From the NCBI GenBank assembly GCA_964016885.1, contig OZ024743.1, positions 108,066,001 to 108,130,000 of the forward strand: a stretch of 64,000 nucleotides of DNA. The letters are read 5' to 3'. The notes under the pieces are model-generated. The model did no database searches. It worked only from the letters and a program-made list of their open reading frames with translations, and was not told where the DNA came from. A program made the position numbers and the translations under genes. Source of the DNA: Eledone cirrhosa. Lineage: Eukaryota. Positions 13,132 through 27,631 of this stretch are shown in pieces (position 1 is the stretch's first letter; every line of letters starts with the position of its first letter).

Positions 13132-13852
13132 ACATAAAAATGAAATGCTGGTATTATGGAATGAATCTACATCACTGGTATCGTTGGGTTGGTGGCAGTG
13201 ATACAGTAAAGGTTGTTGAGTATGTGAGTGGTGGCGGTGGTGTTGGTGGTGGTGGTTGTGGTGAACGGTTTTAATATAACGGTTCTGGTGAGGTGAAGAT
13301 GGGGTGCAGTGTGGAATGGATGGTATGGTGTTGCTGATAGACGAGACATATGCAACGTCAGTCGATTAGTATGGAAGATTTGAAGGACCCAGTAGTAGTG
13401 TTCGGAGGAGGGAAGGAATTGTAGGGTGGCAAATTGAGTCGGGCGGTCATCCGTATTGAGAGAACGATAAGCGAAATTTAGCCCCTGAAAGCAGCAATTC
13501 ATGTGTGAGGTGTCTGTTGTAAAATTGCAGAATATGATGAATCGTTTTTGTGGGATGGGTGAGGCTAACTAATAGACTAACAAGATGCTATGACAGTTTT
13601 TCCCTTCGTTAAAACCCATTTACCCTGTGGGCTACTACTGCTTCATGATAACTCACGTCCTTATCTTTAACTTGATGTCACAACGATGGAACCACGTTGT
13701 TACCATCACGCTAACATTTTCTATTGCACTAATATTTTTACATGCTTTTCATTTCATATGTACATTTCTAATATACACGTATACACGTACACACACGCAA
13801 GTTTGCGCAAACATATACATATATATATATATATGCACACACACACACACGC

Positions 13853-13908
<56 letters not shown>

Positions 13909-14739
13909 CACATATACTTAATACACGTACACACGTACACAGACGTGTATATATATATATATATATGTGTGTGTATGTGTATACATACATACATACATAC
14001 ATACATACATACATACATACATACATAAATACATACATACATACTACATGAAACTCACGTACACACAAGAGTATATATATATTCAAATTACATTCATATA
14101 CTAAATGATTTGTTGCAGATAATTTTTTGTCCTTTTTTTCTTTCTTTTTTCCCTTCTTCCTTTGTTTGGTTCTTCTTTTACACTCACATCTTTGCAAAAT
14201 ATTTTATATGTTAATATCAACCATTTCCAATTCCAATTTGATAACTCTATTGAAAATGGCTATTTTGTTTTTGTCATTTGTTTTGCTGCTCTGGTTGTTT
14301 TCATGGGATTTGTTTTTCTTATTACTTTTTCTGTTTCTTTTGTTGTTGTTGTTTGTTGTGAATACCTATCTTTCTGTTCGCGATTTGTATATAAAAGACT
14401 GGAGGAAAAAGCGAAATAACAAAAAGGATTAAAAGAGATAAATGGAAATGATGATGATGATATATGAAAAAATTGGCGTATGATGTATGGAAGAAAAGAT
14501 AAAATGATAGAAATAGAGAAAGAAACGGAGAGAGATTGGAGGAGAGAAGCAGCATGTAAATGATGAGTGTGGGAGATAGTGAGAGAGAGAAAAAAAAAGA
14601 GACAGGAAGATGCTAAAAGAAAGTGAGGAGTAAAAACGAGGTGTCAATGAGTTAGTGTGAATGAGAGAGAGAGATTGATAGACAGACTTAGATGTGACAA
14701 CATGACTTTATTCTTGTTGGTGGAGTGTGCCTGTGTGTC

Positions 14740-14796
<57 letters not shown>

Positions 14797-15013
14797 TGCC
14801 AGATAGACAGAGAGGGGAGGGAGAAAAGGAGATAAAGGCAAAGAGACAGAGAGAGAGAAAAGGAGAGTATAAGCGGTCATCAATATGGCAGAATTGTTTT
14901 CTGACAGAGATAACGCATCGGCGTATTTGATAATTAAAGCGTCTTCCATAAGAACTAAATTTCCCGCTTGTCCCACTGATATATAAAAGATAAAAAGTAT
15001 ACATGCATATATT

Positions 15014-15066
<53 letters not shown>

Positions 15067-15879
15067 TGGTATTCATTAGAACTCAATGCAGCCTTGAAGA
15101 GTTTATTTCAACAAGATCATGCAGTGAGATCTATAGTTTGTGTGTGTGTGTATGTGAGTAAGTGTATGTGAGTATGGTTACTTGTTACATGTGACTATAC
15201 GCGATATATTCAAATGAATGCGAATTAGTGAGTGTATGTATCGTTACTTTTTACATATAATTGCTTATACACGAAATATTCAAATTTCTAAATTCATAAT
15301 TATCGTTGCGTTTTCCAGCCCTGAATAGCATATTTTGTTTGTTTTTTGTCATATGTATTTAGGGCTATATTATTTCACATGGTTCTTTCTACTTTTTGTG
15401 ATATTAGGGTTGTGTAATTTGAAGATGAATTAGCTATTTCTAGCAGTTCTAATGACAACATAAAGGCAGTACTGGTTTATGTGTCACATTTGCAACTGTA
15501 TTACCTCAATTGCTAAAACAATTACCGCGTAAATGCACCATTTCATTTAACCGTTAATAGGACATACGTTTAGATAATAGTTTGTTTCAGCTATATATTT
15601 TTCATTGTATTGCAGTTTCTAGTTATATATAGAGCCGAGACATTTAACACCCACTGAATCAGTTTACATAGTACATTGATAAGTTAGAATGAAATATGAT
15701 CCCCGCACTTCGAAGGCATTCGAATGTCGAGATACAATGTTTTTGACGAGTTATTTTTGTCATCGGATTTGTCTTGCTCTATTAACATTTGTAGTGACTT
15801 TATCATTATTATAGTTATCATTCTCTAATGATTTAGTAGTAAATGTCTAAAAACATGTTTGTTAATTTACTTATTTATA

Positions 15880-16130
15880 GTATCTTTTAAAGTGGTCATT
15901 GTACAGAATATTTGCAGTATTAAAAACTAATTTGTCTTATGATGTAGTCATAACGCTTTCAAGAATATCTTTAACTGGTTTCATGTGATTTTTTAATCCA
16001 AATGTTTATCTTATCTTACTAGTGCACAGATTGTTGTGAATATTCTTCGGAGGGAATGTTTATTTAAATGAGAGTTAGTGATAGTGCTGTTTTGTACTTT
16101 TCAAGAATGAATTGCCAATGTGGTATCATC
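15880..16130. repeat. Diverged copies of the ~150-bp repeat unit seen at 32130-32600
   Basis: Shared words TTTGCAGTATTAAA, TTTCAAGAAT, GGTTTCATGTGATT, CAAATGTTTAT, CTAGTG.A.AGATT. Confidence 0.6.
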
Positions 16131-16974
16131 AAGCTGTAGAAGACATTAATAGTGACAGATTGGCAAAAATCATGAGTGTTGAACATCATGATTTATGCTG
16201 ATTTCGGCAGATCCCAACTATGTCAATATGATGTTTGACCTTCATCATTTAACGGCGGCTGCAATGAAGAACTAATCATATACAGGGTCGATATAATCGA
16301 CTGACACAGCGTCAACACAAGTTGTTGGCATTGTACCTTAATTATATTATATTATGATATCTGAGTCACCAGAACTGATAGAAATATTACCCAAATCTAA
16401 TACATTTCATATATACAGCATGAAAGAATTGTCATAATGATTAATGTTGTGTTTAGATATTATGAGGAAAAAACAATGGTCGGGTAATGAAGTGAGTCGA
16501 AACAAGAGCAGTAATGAATATACATATTAAAACTTCATGGTCGTTGTAAGGAACGTATTTCATCAGTGATCTGCTCAATCGGGTGTAATCTGTATTTTAG
16601 TAAGAAAAGCAGCATATTTAAACAAGGAAATAAGGAAAAGTCAAAAAAGGAAAACAACCCATCGAAACTATACAATATGGTGATATCGTATAAGTTTAAC
16701 GCATAATATAGTTTGAAAAGACTTTGAATGTATTGGGCGCCAGTCGTATATAGAAAGATAGAAAAAACAGAGAAGAAAGGATCTTTAGAACAGGAAGACA
16801 GACGAGTGTAAACAATAAAACAGTGAAACATGTAGGGACGTGAATAATAACGTGTTCTTTTTAGTCAATTCAAATATACGGCTAAGGACAAATTATATAG
16901 TCAACAAGAAATATTACACTTTACTAGTGTTTTCTTTTCTATTTTCATTGGGAAGGACTTGCGGAAGTTTCTAC

Positions 16975-17290
16975 TGCGTAGCTCAGAGATCAGGGAGTTA
17001 CTCCAGCTAGAGCTGCTACTTCGCTGATTTGAGAGATCACATCTCCGATATTAAGGACATGTCAGAATGTCTAAGGAAAGAATCACTAGACACATTTTAT
17101 GGGTAATCCCAACCGGTAGGACATTCTGGCTTAAATCCCGAGCCACATGGTTGAATAACATCCATGATCTCGACTGATTTCGCTTGGGGGTCCGCTCGGA
17201 TTAAGTGGAGGCGGTTGCTTTCAACAGGTCCTTCTAAAAGCTGTGCTTAAGGACTCTGCTCACATCACCCTCCAAAGAATATGTTGAAGT
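16975..17290 (+). mobile_element. RTE-clade LINE 3' fragment (decayed)
   Basis: Translates, with stops and frameshifts, LRSSEIRELLQLE..ERSHLRY*GHV/RMSKERITRHIL..PTGR...ATWLNNIHDL. Confidence 0.7.
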
Positions 17291-18354
17291 AGAACTTGCG
17301 GTCCCTTATATTGACCCATTGATCTCTATTGTAATTCTCAGACAGAATAGCTGTAACACAATATGTGACAATTCTGGACATTTGAATTAATGGGGCAATC
17401 TAGGGGGCGGGCGTTAACAATGGTATGTGTTTAACAAATTTCACTCAGTAGCTAATGGTTCCAATCCCTACCAAGTTGCCCCGGAGTGGAATTAAACGTA
17501 TAACCTCATGATCGCTAAGTGATCTCTTCAACCATTCAGCCATACGTATATATATTTACATATATTTACACATACATATATCCATACACACTTGGCTACG
17601 TATATTCTTACACACATTCCAACATATATTCATATATTCATACACACAATCCTACATAAACATATACACTCAATCCTACATAAATATATACGCACACATG
17701 CCAGGCACACATATCACTCCATAAATATATACACACATATACATACATATACATACATATACATATATACCTACATGCACATACATATATACACATACAC
17801 ATTCACATACGTGCATGTATACAGCAAGATAGACTGGCAGACACATGGGTCATTAGCTGTCGTGTAAATGTAAAAAGAACGCCGCCATATACGAAGGGAA
17901 CGAAAATAACACAATGAAACCGCCACCACCACTACCACTAACATACCTATAAACAACACTATTACAATCATTATTAAAATCGCCACTAATACCACCATCA
18001 ATAGGACTCCTACCAGCGACAACGAAAAGAAGAAAACAAAACAATACAACAAAAACATTACCGTAAGTGTCACGTGATAAACCTACCAACTCACCAACAC
18101 CCTACCCGACTACCTACACATTTTTTTTTCTGACTCGCATTTTATTATTCCTTTCTTTTTATTTGTTTTTGTTTTTAACGTTATAGATTTATTGATAAGG
18201 CTTGGACCGAGGAGTTAATGAGGCTTGAGTAGATGCGTTGAAATGATAGCAATCTACAATCCCAAGAACCGAAGACCTATTATAAAAGTTCACGTAGACC
18301 TTAGGTGCAAAACTATTCAACTAAATATCCTGGTCGAACCGATTTGAATAATTA

Positions 18355-19075
18355 TGGTTTCTGATTAAGCACAAGGAAAATAATTTTGAGGGGAGAAGAA
18401 AGACGATTAAATCGACGCAAATTACTGGTTGTTTATTTATCGACCTCGTAAGCATGAAATGCAAAGCTACTCTTGGCGGGGATTTGAAATTGGAACGTAA
18501 AAGGTCGAAATTTCTATGTAGTAAAGCATGTTTTCCGATGCTCTACCAATTCTGCTAATAATAGTTGTTTCTATTTTTGGCACAAGGCTAGTAATTATTT
18601 CAGTGCATAACTGGTATTTTATCTTATCGACCCCCGTAAGGATGAAAGGCAAAGTTGACCTCTGTGGCATTTGAACTCTGATCATAAAGAGCCGTAACTC
18701 TATGCTGCAAAGCATGGCGTCCGACCTTCTAAGGATGCTGCCAATCCGCCTCCTATTATCCACGGCAAATAATAATTGTTTCTACTTTTGGCACAAGGCC
18801 AGCAATTACCCAGTGTATTACTGATACTTTATTTTATCGACTCCGGCGGGATTTGAAGTAAGAATGGCAGGGCCGTAACTCTATGCGTCAAAGCATGGCG
18901 TCCGACGCCTCTACCTCTACTGCCAACAATTCTTTTCTAGGGAGGGAAGTTAGATTAAATCGACCCCAAGCGTTACAGGTACTTTAATTTATCGACCCCG
19001 CAAGGATGAAAGTCAAAGTTAACCTCAGCGGGGTTTTGAAATCTGAATGTAAAGGGCCGTAACTCTATGCCTTTA
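18355..19075 (-). mobile_element. Head-to-tail array of about four tRNA-derived SINE copies
   Basis: The core TTTATCGAC..CGTAAGGATGAAAGGCAAAG....GGCGGGATTTGAA recurs at about 18435, 18625, 18833 and 18988, with AATAAT linkers. Confidence 0.85.
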
Positions 19076-19520
19076 AGCTTATAATATTTATATTGGAAAC
19101 AACACAATATGGCTAAGCTGATCGTTCTAGTATTTGATGCATTCTTTATTGTGGATTATTTCTTTTTTTTTGTGGTTGTGCTTGTTGTGAGTGTTATAGT
19201 AATCATATTATAGGTGTGGTTGTTATGATTGTTGTTGTTACCCACGTTGTTGCTATTGCAGCTGCTGTTATCGAAGTCATAATCGTAGCAGCTGTTGCTG
19301 TCGCTGTCGTAGATGTGTTAATTGTTGCAGTCATTGTCTTAGATGTTGTTGGTTTGTTGTAGTTGTTGCTGTCGTTGTAGTGTTTGTAGTTGTAATTACT
19401 GATGTACTGTCTACGTGTTTACTTATCTATTTATCTATTCATTTATTTATTAATCTGTCTCTATGTTTCTTCCCATTTATCAACTGGCTTATCTATAAAT
19501 ATATTAAATGTGCGTGTAAA

Positions 19521-19577
<57 letters not shown>

Positions 19578-20279
19578 AATAGAGAGAGAGGGAGAGAGAG
19601 AGTGTGTGTGTGTGTGTGTAAACACTTATTTCTAGAAGAGTTGCGGGAAAGGAAATTTTTGAAATTTGAAAGTAGGAAGCATCGACGTCGTTTGACTATG
19701 AAAAATAATCAAAGTGTGGGTATATAAACCCTGGAAATGGGAAAAAATATACACCACTTTAGTGTAATAGTAGAATGATTGCATGTGTTTTAGAGTATAA
19801 TATTGAAGCGACTATGCAATGCTGGATTTTTTAGTAAAGCTTTCCATGCTATGTGATAAGAATAATAGACCCGTAACGCTGAAACTTTGTAATATAAGAA
19901 CTATATTCCATTAAATACCCTCCAAACGCAAGGTTTATTTGACTTCCATCTTCAAGAAGACATTGTTTTTATCGATATTTTATATGTGCATATGAGTGAC
20001 GTCCTACCGAGTATTCTCTAACTCAAACAAACTTACCCACTGCCTCGGAGAAGATATTGCCTCGGTGGATGGCGAAGGAAACGCGCTGGAACAACCACTT
20101 CACCTGGCGTAACACGGCGAAACGGTATATTGCAGTTGTGCGTTCATTACACGGATGGTGCTGTACAATTCTTTTCTGTCTCCAATTTTTATATCCCTAA
20201 CTTAGTAGACTATATTTCATAGTCAAACGATATGTTTTTTAACACTCAAATGCAATAAATATATATATATATATATATA

Positions 20280-20359
20280 TACGGTTCTTATATATTTGAT
20301 ATATATTTATCCTTATCGAGCCCTCTTTGGATTTTAGTCTTCAAATTTATTATTATTAC
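20280..20359. repeat. 80-bp dispersed repeat embedded in (TA)n (copy 2)
   Basis: Matches 12081-12160. Confidence 0.85.
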
Positions 20360-20369
20360 TATATATATA

Positions 20370-20468
<99 letters not shown>

Positions 20469-20564
20469 CAATTTATTTAAATACATATGTTTATATGTAT
20501 GTATAAATATATATATATATCTATATATATATATCGGGAATTTTTCCCGCCTTATATATATATA

Positions 20565-20683
20565 TAGGAGAAAGTATGACGTCGGGGTCATACTTTCTCC
20601 TATTACCCACTCTCCTACCCTAAGTATTGAATACTCTGGTGCGTTAAGGTCCATCTGGTTCCTTACCACAACTCCTTCGTTAT
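20565..20683 (+). mobile_element. Palindrome-headed (TA)n-inserted element (copy 3, short hairpin)
   Basis: TAGGAGAAAGTATGAC-gtcggg-GTCATACTTTCTCCTA followed by the shared tail ending CCTTCGTTA. Confidence 0.75.
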
Positions 20684-20808
20684 ATATATTTATATATATA
20701 TATTTGTGTGTGTGTAAATACTTCACATAATGCTCACACACACGTAGGTTTCTATGAATTTGAATATATTTTCGATATACGTACTTGTGTGTGTTTGTAT
20801 ATATATAC

Positions 20809-20882
<74 letters not shown>

Positions 20883-21171
20883 CATGTGTGCGCGCGCATA
20901 AATAATTGCGTGTACGTGGTGGGACATTGATGATCACAAAGAGATTAGTAAATACAAAAATGGTATTTTTACCACGTACATTTGGTACAAAAATATTAAA
21001 AACTCGTAATTCATTCGCTGTCAAACCTGAGTACTTTTATTGTCTTGCTGCATTATATTCAGTACACAACATACTTACTGGTTTGACCCAAAATCCTAAG
21101 AGGCCAAACTTAATCGCTCTCCTCATTGAAGAATATGTGGTTGAGGACAAAATAAGTGTATACATACATAC

Positions 21172-21243
<72 letters not shown>

Positions 21244-21279
21244 AATATATATATATCCATACGTGTGTGTGTGGTTCGT

Positions 21280-21960
21280 TTCAATTTATTTCGCACATCG
21301 TCACTTTTTGAGAGACTCTGGGTGTCGACGAAATCGAACTGTCGACGAAATCGAACCGTTTCCGAGGTATTTTGAGTCGTGGTCTATGGATAACTTCCAG
21401 AAATTCCTCACTTAGCAGTACTACCGGGGGCCACGTCCGATTAGAGATAAATTCAACAGGCAAGGAAGTGCGCAGAAAACATTCTGTATGCACTTGTCCA
21501 TTGCCTATGTATTGGTGACTTGCGAATTTATGTCGAACAGTTGTTATCGCGTGTGGGACGGCTCCGTATATCGACCGAGTCCATTGTGAAAATCGCCCCG
21601 CCTCCTTCTTTTAGTGGAGAATGACAGGCCATTGTCCTCTGCTTGGTGGCTCTAGCAGAAAAAGAAAATTAAAGACAGACACGTCAGCCAATCCCTCTTC
21701 AGCTAATCCCTCATAAACGTTTTTCACTTAGAAAAGAAGATGAGGGTGGGGAGATAAGTGCTGCCCCCAGTTAATTTTCTAAAAGGTGGGTGAATGTTGC
21801 CATGACGCCCGTATGTATGGGTCTACTCTGACCATGTCCCTATAAGCTGACTGATTTTGAGAGGAAAGGAGCACCCCTTCGGGTGCTCTCAGAGCAGCAG
21901 TTGTTTAATTTTGGTTGTGTTCCTGAGTCGCTCCTCGTTGTCATCCCCCTACTGATATAA
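21280..21960 (+). mobile_element. L1/Tx1-like LINE 3' fragment (decayed ORF2 C-terminus and 3' UTR)
   Basis: GC-richer island; broken translation YRG..PIRDK...VGRLRISTESIVKIAPPPSF...VLCLVALA...KKMRVGR..FSKRWVNVA. Confidence 0.55.
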
Positions 21961-24900
21961 TTATATTATTTATTGTTATTATTTTTCATATTGTCTACTT
22001 GATTTTTCTGTAAAACCCCCACTGTTCTTGTCTTTTGTAGTGACCCCTTTATGTTGGCTCTTGTGGCCAATAAAGTAACTATTATTATTATTATATATTT
22101 TGTTGTTGTCATTTTTGTTGTTGTTGTTGTTGTTGTTAATGTGTGTGTTTTGAAAAAGCGAATTCAACTTAAAAAATATGTGCAGGATATAAAGACAATG
22201 CACTAACGTTAGATTACTGTAACGCTTATTAGAATTGGAAATAAGCCTTACAATGTTGGGCACTAGTTCTTGATTAGAATATAGAAACAAGGAAAAGAGC
22301 TGATATTTGGGAGAAAGAATAAAAGGGCAAAACGAGAGGAGTGAAGTAAGGAGAAACGCGTGTAGGTAATAGTGTGTGTGTATGTATCTATGTATATATG
22401 TGGGTGAGAGTCTATTTGTAAGGTTGTTTCATTCGCCCACTTTGTAGACATGTTTCTCTTTTAATAAAAATTATATATAGAGTGCCAAACATTCCCGCAA
22501 CCTATATCGTTTTCGTCTATTTTTGTTGTGTAGTTCCTATACGAATTATGACCCTTTACTCTCTTTCTCACACTGAATTATAAGAGAAACATAGCGACGT
22601 ATTTTAGTTGCAGGTATGTTATCGATTAGCTTAACCTCATCACATGATTGTAGGAGGAATTGAACTCAGAACAGAAATGTTTTCTCTCCAGATTTTAGCA
22701 TTCCCTCTAATATAGAGTATACGGGATTATATGAAATATTTAAATACGTATGAAATATATAGGTGAACTGATTGAAGTTAAAATTTCAGCTTCACAACAA
22801 TGTGAACTCAAGAAAGGTAGAGAAAGAAATGGATTAAACCAATATAGTGAATATCATATAGATTTCCGTATACAAATATCACTTTAAAATATTTTTTCCT
22901 GTTTTTTGTTCAGATAGTGTTAAACCTGAGACAATAATAGGAAACACTTGCTCAAGGAGACATTTATTAAGAATGATCCCGAGACCCCATGGTTGTGAAT
23001 TGAACTCATTAATCAGGAGCATTCAGAGTGAATTGTCAGTACACTCACACGTACACACAAACAAACATACAAACACTCACACACTCTAGCACACAAAAAC
23101 CCGTGCACACGCACACACAGAGGAAAGAGATAAGTTTAGCACTATTCCCTCCGGTATGGGTCTGTCCAAATCACACTGAGAGAATGTAGATTTAACTACT
23201 TCGATGTAGGTTTGGCAGTAATGGAGATGTTATTCTTCCCTGTTGGAACCTGTAAACAGGAAATTCACTAAATTGCTGTTGCAATTTTAATAGCTGTGGA
23301 ATATTTATGTTGACATGTTATCTATAGTCAGGAAAAGAAAGATGAAAAGAAAAGTGGTATTCACAAAACCACTTAAATTTAAACAACTGCAATCCTTGTT
23401 GACATTGAAATAGTTGGGGTATTTATGAAACTTCAAAAACTGACCAGCGATTGTAAACAGTTAATTGATATAGTGTGGGCCCCGCCTAAGAAAATAGCGT
23501 TTTGTAGCTTATATTTAACCAGAAAGAATTACGTTCTCTCGAGAACATTCAAATTATTCAGTTTAAAGAGAAAAACAAACTGAAAAACATTTGCGGGTGG
23601 GTTTATTTACATGGAGTAAAATCTTAGATTTCTCGAGATGCTTGTGCGATTAGAATTGGAGTTAATCTGAATTAAAAACAAAAAAAACTGTGAAAATGTT
23701 ACTTTAAACAGAACTCGATCTATGTTGACGCTGAGTTCTATTCTAGTCCTCTGAGCATCGTTGATTCAAAATATGCTGTGCTGGTATTGAAATATCACGT
23801 TAAAACTCAAATCTACTATTTATATATCTGTAAGGAAATTTATTTAATTCTTGATTGTTTCTCAGAAATATTCTGAGAATGTTGCCTGCAATATATACTG
23901 CTGAACTTGCCAAGAGATTTATGCCTCTTCCGCTTGACGAATTAAATCCTGAACTAAGCTCCATTGCTTCTGAGTCCCTCGAGTCCTCTAGATGCATTTA
24001 AGTTTACATTACATTTAAAATCAGTGAGATATAAATGCACATCTGAGAGAAATGGTCAGGAATATATATAAACAGGAAACACATTTGTTCATGGTATATG
24101 TTACCGAACTATCTTTTTTTTTCACATTCTCCTCTTCTGGTAATTTATTTTAATTTAAGGTAAATGAGATAACGTGTGGATTATCTTCATGTCTTTGTCA
24201 ACCGCTCGAAACAGAGAGCCAATACTTTCTTAATTATCGCCTTTAAAAACAAGAAAAGCTGGTTAAATTATATGGTTGTACATGAAAAATACAGCTTTCA
24301 TTTGCAACTGAGCATGACTTGGTAGTATATACCTTGTTTTCGCTAAAGGAATTTGCTGCCCATACAATCGGGACCTGTGACAGGCCCCCTCTAAACCCTC
24401 CCTTCTTCGAGGAACATCCAATATATGACAGCTGGAATAAGAAAGAGCTATATAAGCACGGGTAATATCCGTATCGACACCAAACGGCTAAAAGTCAATG
24501 TGATCCTCGGTGGCATTTGAATACAGTACACAGTGACCAACACTCAAACCATCCTGCCAAAAAGACAGCGTCACCGTCAAGCATATTAAGTCAATCCACA
24601 TGATAATAGTATATGAAACCTACTTTAAAATAGCTCTTTTAGTAATAACTTACTCTTTGAGGTAAAGATGAAAATCTATAAAAACAAAACGTTGAGAAAT
24701 ACTAACTGCCTGGTAACAGCTAAACACTAAACATTTCGGTTGTAATTTTCATCGTTTATCGATTTGTAAGTGTATATGTGTGTGAGTTTGTGTTATTTAT
24801 TTATTTATGTATTTATTTATTATTCTAAACTCAATAAACGGTGTTCAGAAGCAAATGTAGAATAGAATCAAGGACGACAGATTTATGACCGAACAACATT

Positions 24901-25510
24901 AAACCAAGGTATAAATATTTAAAACTAAAGAAGAGTCAGAATGAATTAGGAAACGAAACGAAATATAATAAATTACATAAATAACAAAACAAAACAAAGA
25001 GAAAACACAAATTGAAATAAAAAATAAAAGAATCAAACCAATAAGAAGGAAGAAGGTGTTTAAGAAGGAAAGGTGGTGGAAGATTGTTGAGGGTGGTTGG
25101 GAAGGTGATGGATGAAGAGAATAAGAGAAAAAGACAAGGAAGATGATAATTAAAACGCAACCACAGGAAAATGAAGGGAATAAAAGATAGCCAGTTATTG
25201 AATCGAGAGAACGTTTAAATCTTTGAACAAAAACCCATAAAAATTTAATAAAACCCGTGGAAGAAGGTAAAATTAGAAAGGTGTGTCGAGGAGGGAGAAA
25301 AGATGTAAAATAAACAAAGAAGAACCAATTTGAGCTAAGACATTATTAATGAGGAAAGAAAGGTGATAGATACTGATCAATAACAGGTGTGTGTATGACT
25401 ATAACACACTTACATACATGCGTAAATATATATGTCTGTGGGTTTGCTTATATGTATATATGTATGTATGTGTGTATATATATATATATATATGTATGAA
25501 TATATGTGCA

Positions 25511-25604
<94 letters not shown>

Positions 25605-25637
25605 TATATATATATATATATGCTTATATATACACAC

Positions 25638-25720
<83 letters not shown>

Positions 25721-25788
25721 ATTATGTATGTATGTATATGTATGGATATACTGTATATATATGTGTATATATATATATGTGTATATAT

Positions 25789-25822
<34 letters not shown>

Positions 25823-26707
25823 GTACATTTTTATGTAAATACAAACATTCGTACGTCCTCGTGTGTCCTGTTCCTGTTGTCCGATCAGGTATTTAAGGAA
25901 GAACATTTCCCCCTTCTCTGTCCTTTTATTTTCTTATTGCCTTGCAACCTGAAATGCTCCTCAGTTGTGTCATAACAAAACAACCTCCTTAGTGCTGGTG
26001 CAACTATAACATGAACTCGCTAGACATTGGGACAGTATTTAAGTGAGCGGCGGTTTCCCGGCCTGACCGTGATGTGTCCAGACCAATGTCTGTCGTTTCT
26101 CGGTGTTTGAAGACGCAATTAACCCTTGCTAGCAGGTAAGGCAAACGTTAAATGATGATTATATACGGGTGTATGAGTGTGTGTGCATACCTACATTTAT
26201 ACATGGGTTTGTATGTCTGAAATGCTTAGGCACTTGTAAGTTGATGTTGCAAATGTTCTGTCTCATTAGTGAAATAAGTGGAACACTCATTGTCTGAACT
26301 GAAGGATATCCAACTTCAACAACATAAATACTCTCCAAGCACTTTAACCTTATTAATATAACAATACAAATGTGTTCACACTTGCAATGTGTTTGTAAGC
26401 CATAACTGTCGCAAACTATATGTGGAAATAGATTAAGAGTTTTTCCCGATTCACCGGAGTTCTAATTTAGATAAATGTAAATGACACGTAGCGCCATCTG
26501 TATGTACCCAGTACACAATTATGAAGCATCGCAGGAAATTGAAGTGACCGCTCATAATTATGTCCTCATTAAAAGAGGAGTCAGACGATCAGTTGACAGA
26601 TGGTGATACTTAGATAATTAGTTAAGTAAATAATTAGAAAAAATAGTTAACTAGATATTTGCAACATTTACACATGTATGTCTGTTTTTGGGTTTTCTGT
26701 TATACCA

Positions 26708-26786
<79 letters not shown>

Positions 26787-27367
26787 TAAATTTAGCGAGA
26801 ATCGCATTTCGGCGAGTAGAAATTAGCGAAGCGCAACTTCCGAATTGTGTTGGCGAGCGCTCAATGGATATGAAGATACCAGAGCTATAAACATAAGTTA
26901 AAAAGGCCATACAAAACTGAGACGATGGTTAAGAAACCATTAACTACCTAAGCCAAAAAAGCGAACAAGCTAAGCGGGTCAAACAAAATAAGATATTATT
27001 GAAATATTTACCCGGACCCCGGGAATGATGGTAAAATCCGATATAGGGTTTCTGCGACACCTAAATCAATAATAGTGTCTGCTTATAAAAAATAATAAGC
27101 TTTTGGTATAATGATCGAACAAGGATATCACTTTCTCAACATGCATTTTGTTCTGCGTGCGCCAGGATCTCACAGTGTTCGAAAGCACATGTGAACTCCA
27201 AAGGGGAGAACACCCCTAGTTTTGGCAAATTAGTGTGTAGTCATTGCACAAATTTGCAAAAATAGCACAAAACGAATTAAGCTCTTGACCGGGTAGTTTT
27301 TAAAATAAACTTAAGCGATTAATCAGTCAATAGAATTAACTAAAACAATAAAAAAAATTAACTGGTT

Positions 27368-27486
27368 AATTACGGCCATATCACGCTGAAAACACCGGTT
27401 TTCCTCCGATCACTGAAGTTAAGCAACGTCGAGCCTAGTTAGTACTTAGATGGGTGACCGCTTGGGAACCCTATGTGCCGTAAGCA
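27368..27486 (+). rRNA. 5S rRNA gene copy, probably an orphon or pseudogene
   Basis: TTACGGCCATATCACGCTGAAAACACCGGTT...CCGATCACTGAAGTTAAGC...TTAGTACTTAGATGGGTGACCGCTTGGGAA...GTGCCGTAAGCA; box A and box C recognisable; first two bases (AA rather than GC) do not pair with the 3' end; only three T follow. Confidence 0.9.
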
Positions 27487-27494
27487 TTTACTGC

Positions 27495-27527
<33 letters not shown>

Positions 27528-27564
27528 ATAGTTCGGAATAACAGAAAACTCTTTCTCTCTCTCG

Positions 27565-27631
<67 letters not shown>

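Noticed and set aside
16530-16575. Minus-strand CTGATGA with a CGTT/AACG stem
   Set aside because: GAAA box and stem I are not correctly placed; too degenerate to call a hammerhead.
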